Positions 19,736 through 20,000 of a DNA stretch of 20,000 bases are shown here, piece by piece. Positions within the stretch are counted from its first letter, which is position 1. Each line of letters starts with the position of its first letter. The position numbers and the translations under genes were made by a program. Source of the DNA: Saprolegnia diclina VS20 (lineage: Eukaryota); NCBI RefSeq assembly GCF_000281045.1, contig NW_008246093.1:325794-345793 (forward strand), given 5' to 3'. The notes beneath the pieces were generated by a model. The model had not been told where the DNA came from and ran no database searches. It saw only the letters and a list, made by a program, of their open reading frames with translations.

Positions 19736-19956
19736 CTAGATCACTCCATTGACGTTCGTCATTGCAGGCGTCGGGTCGAGCGCGTCCACGGCGGCGAGGA
19801 TCACGCGCTGGAATGCGTCGACCGTCCAGAACGCCGAAGGCTTGAGCGTCAACGTCTCGTTTTGATGACGACGATATCGGCGGCCGTGATGAAGCCAATC
19901 GGCTCATCGAGCGCGTCGACAAGGGCTCGCATGTCTCGCCCCTCGCTCACTGTCGC
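19736..19956 (-). CDS. Probable terminal exon of an unknown gene extending beyond the window (ATVSEGRDMRALVDALDEPIGFITAADIVVIK/NETLTLKPSAFWTVDAFQRVILAAVDALDPTPAMTNVNGVI*). Apparent 1-bp frameshift at 19860-19863
   Basis: TAG acceptor at 19959-19957 and TAG stop at 19738-19736. Two overlapping frames with GC3-biased codons join if one A is added to the A4 run. Confidence 0.5.
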
Positions 19957-20000
19957 CTAGTACTCGCGAATGGACGTTCGTTTCTTCGCAACGTGCTCTT

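Overview
Eukaryotic, GC-rich DNA with short GT-AG introns (about 42-57 nt) and Inr/FPR-like core promoters. It is most likely an oomycete, Saprolegniales-like (inference). The window is dominated by a tandem cluster of six diverged paralogues (A-F; five on +, one inverted). Each encodes an N-terminal START-like (helix-grip lipid-binding) domain, a degenerate 8-Cys FYVE-type zinc finger and a Ser/Thr-rich tail. All six tails keep a short conserved motif, (M/V/L)-D-(L/I)-(S/G)-Y-(L/V)-x-x-(Y/F). The paralogues differ in which of three homologous introns they carry, and one has none. A multi-exon NEMP/TMEM194 (DUF2215)-like gene lies inside the cluster. A small Ser/Pro-rich gene lies at the left and the last exon of an unknown gene at the right. 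Two apparent 1-bp homopolymer frameshifts suggest assembly errors. I found no CRISPR array, rRNA, tRNA or intact mobile element. Domain calls come from recognising motifs by eye, not from a database search.
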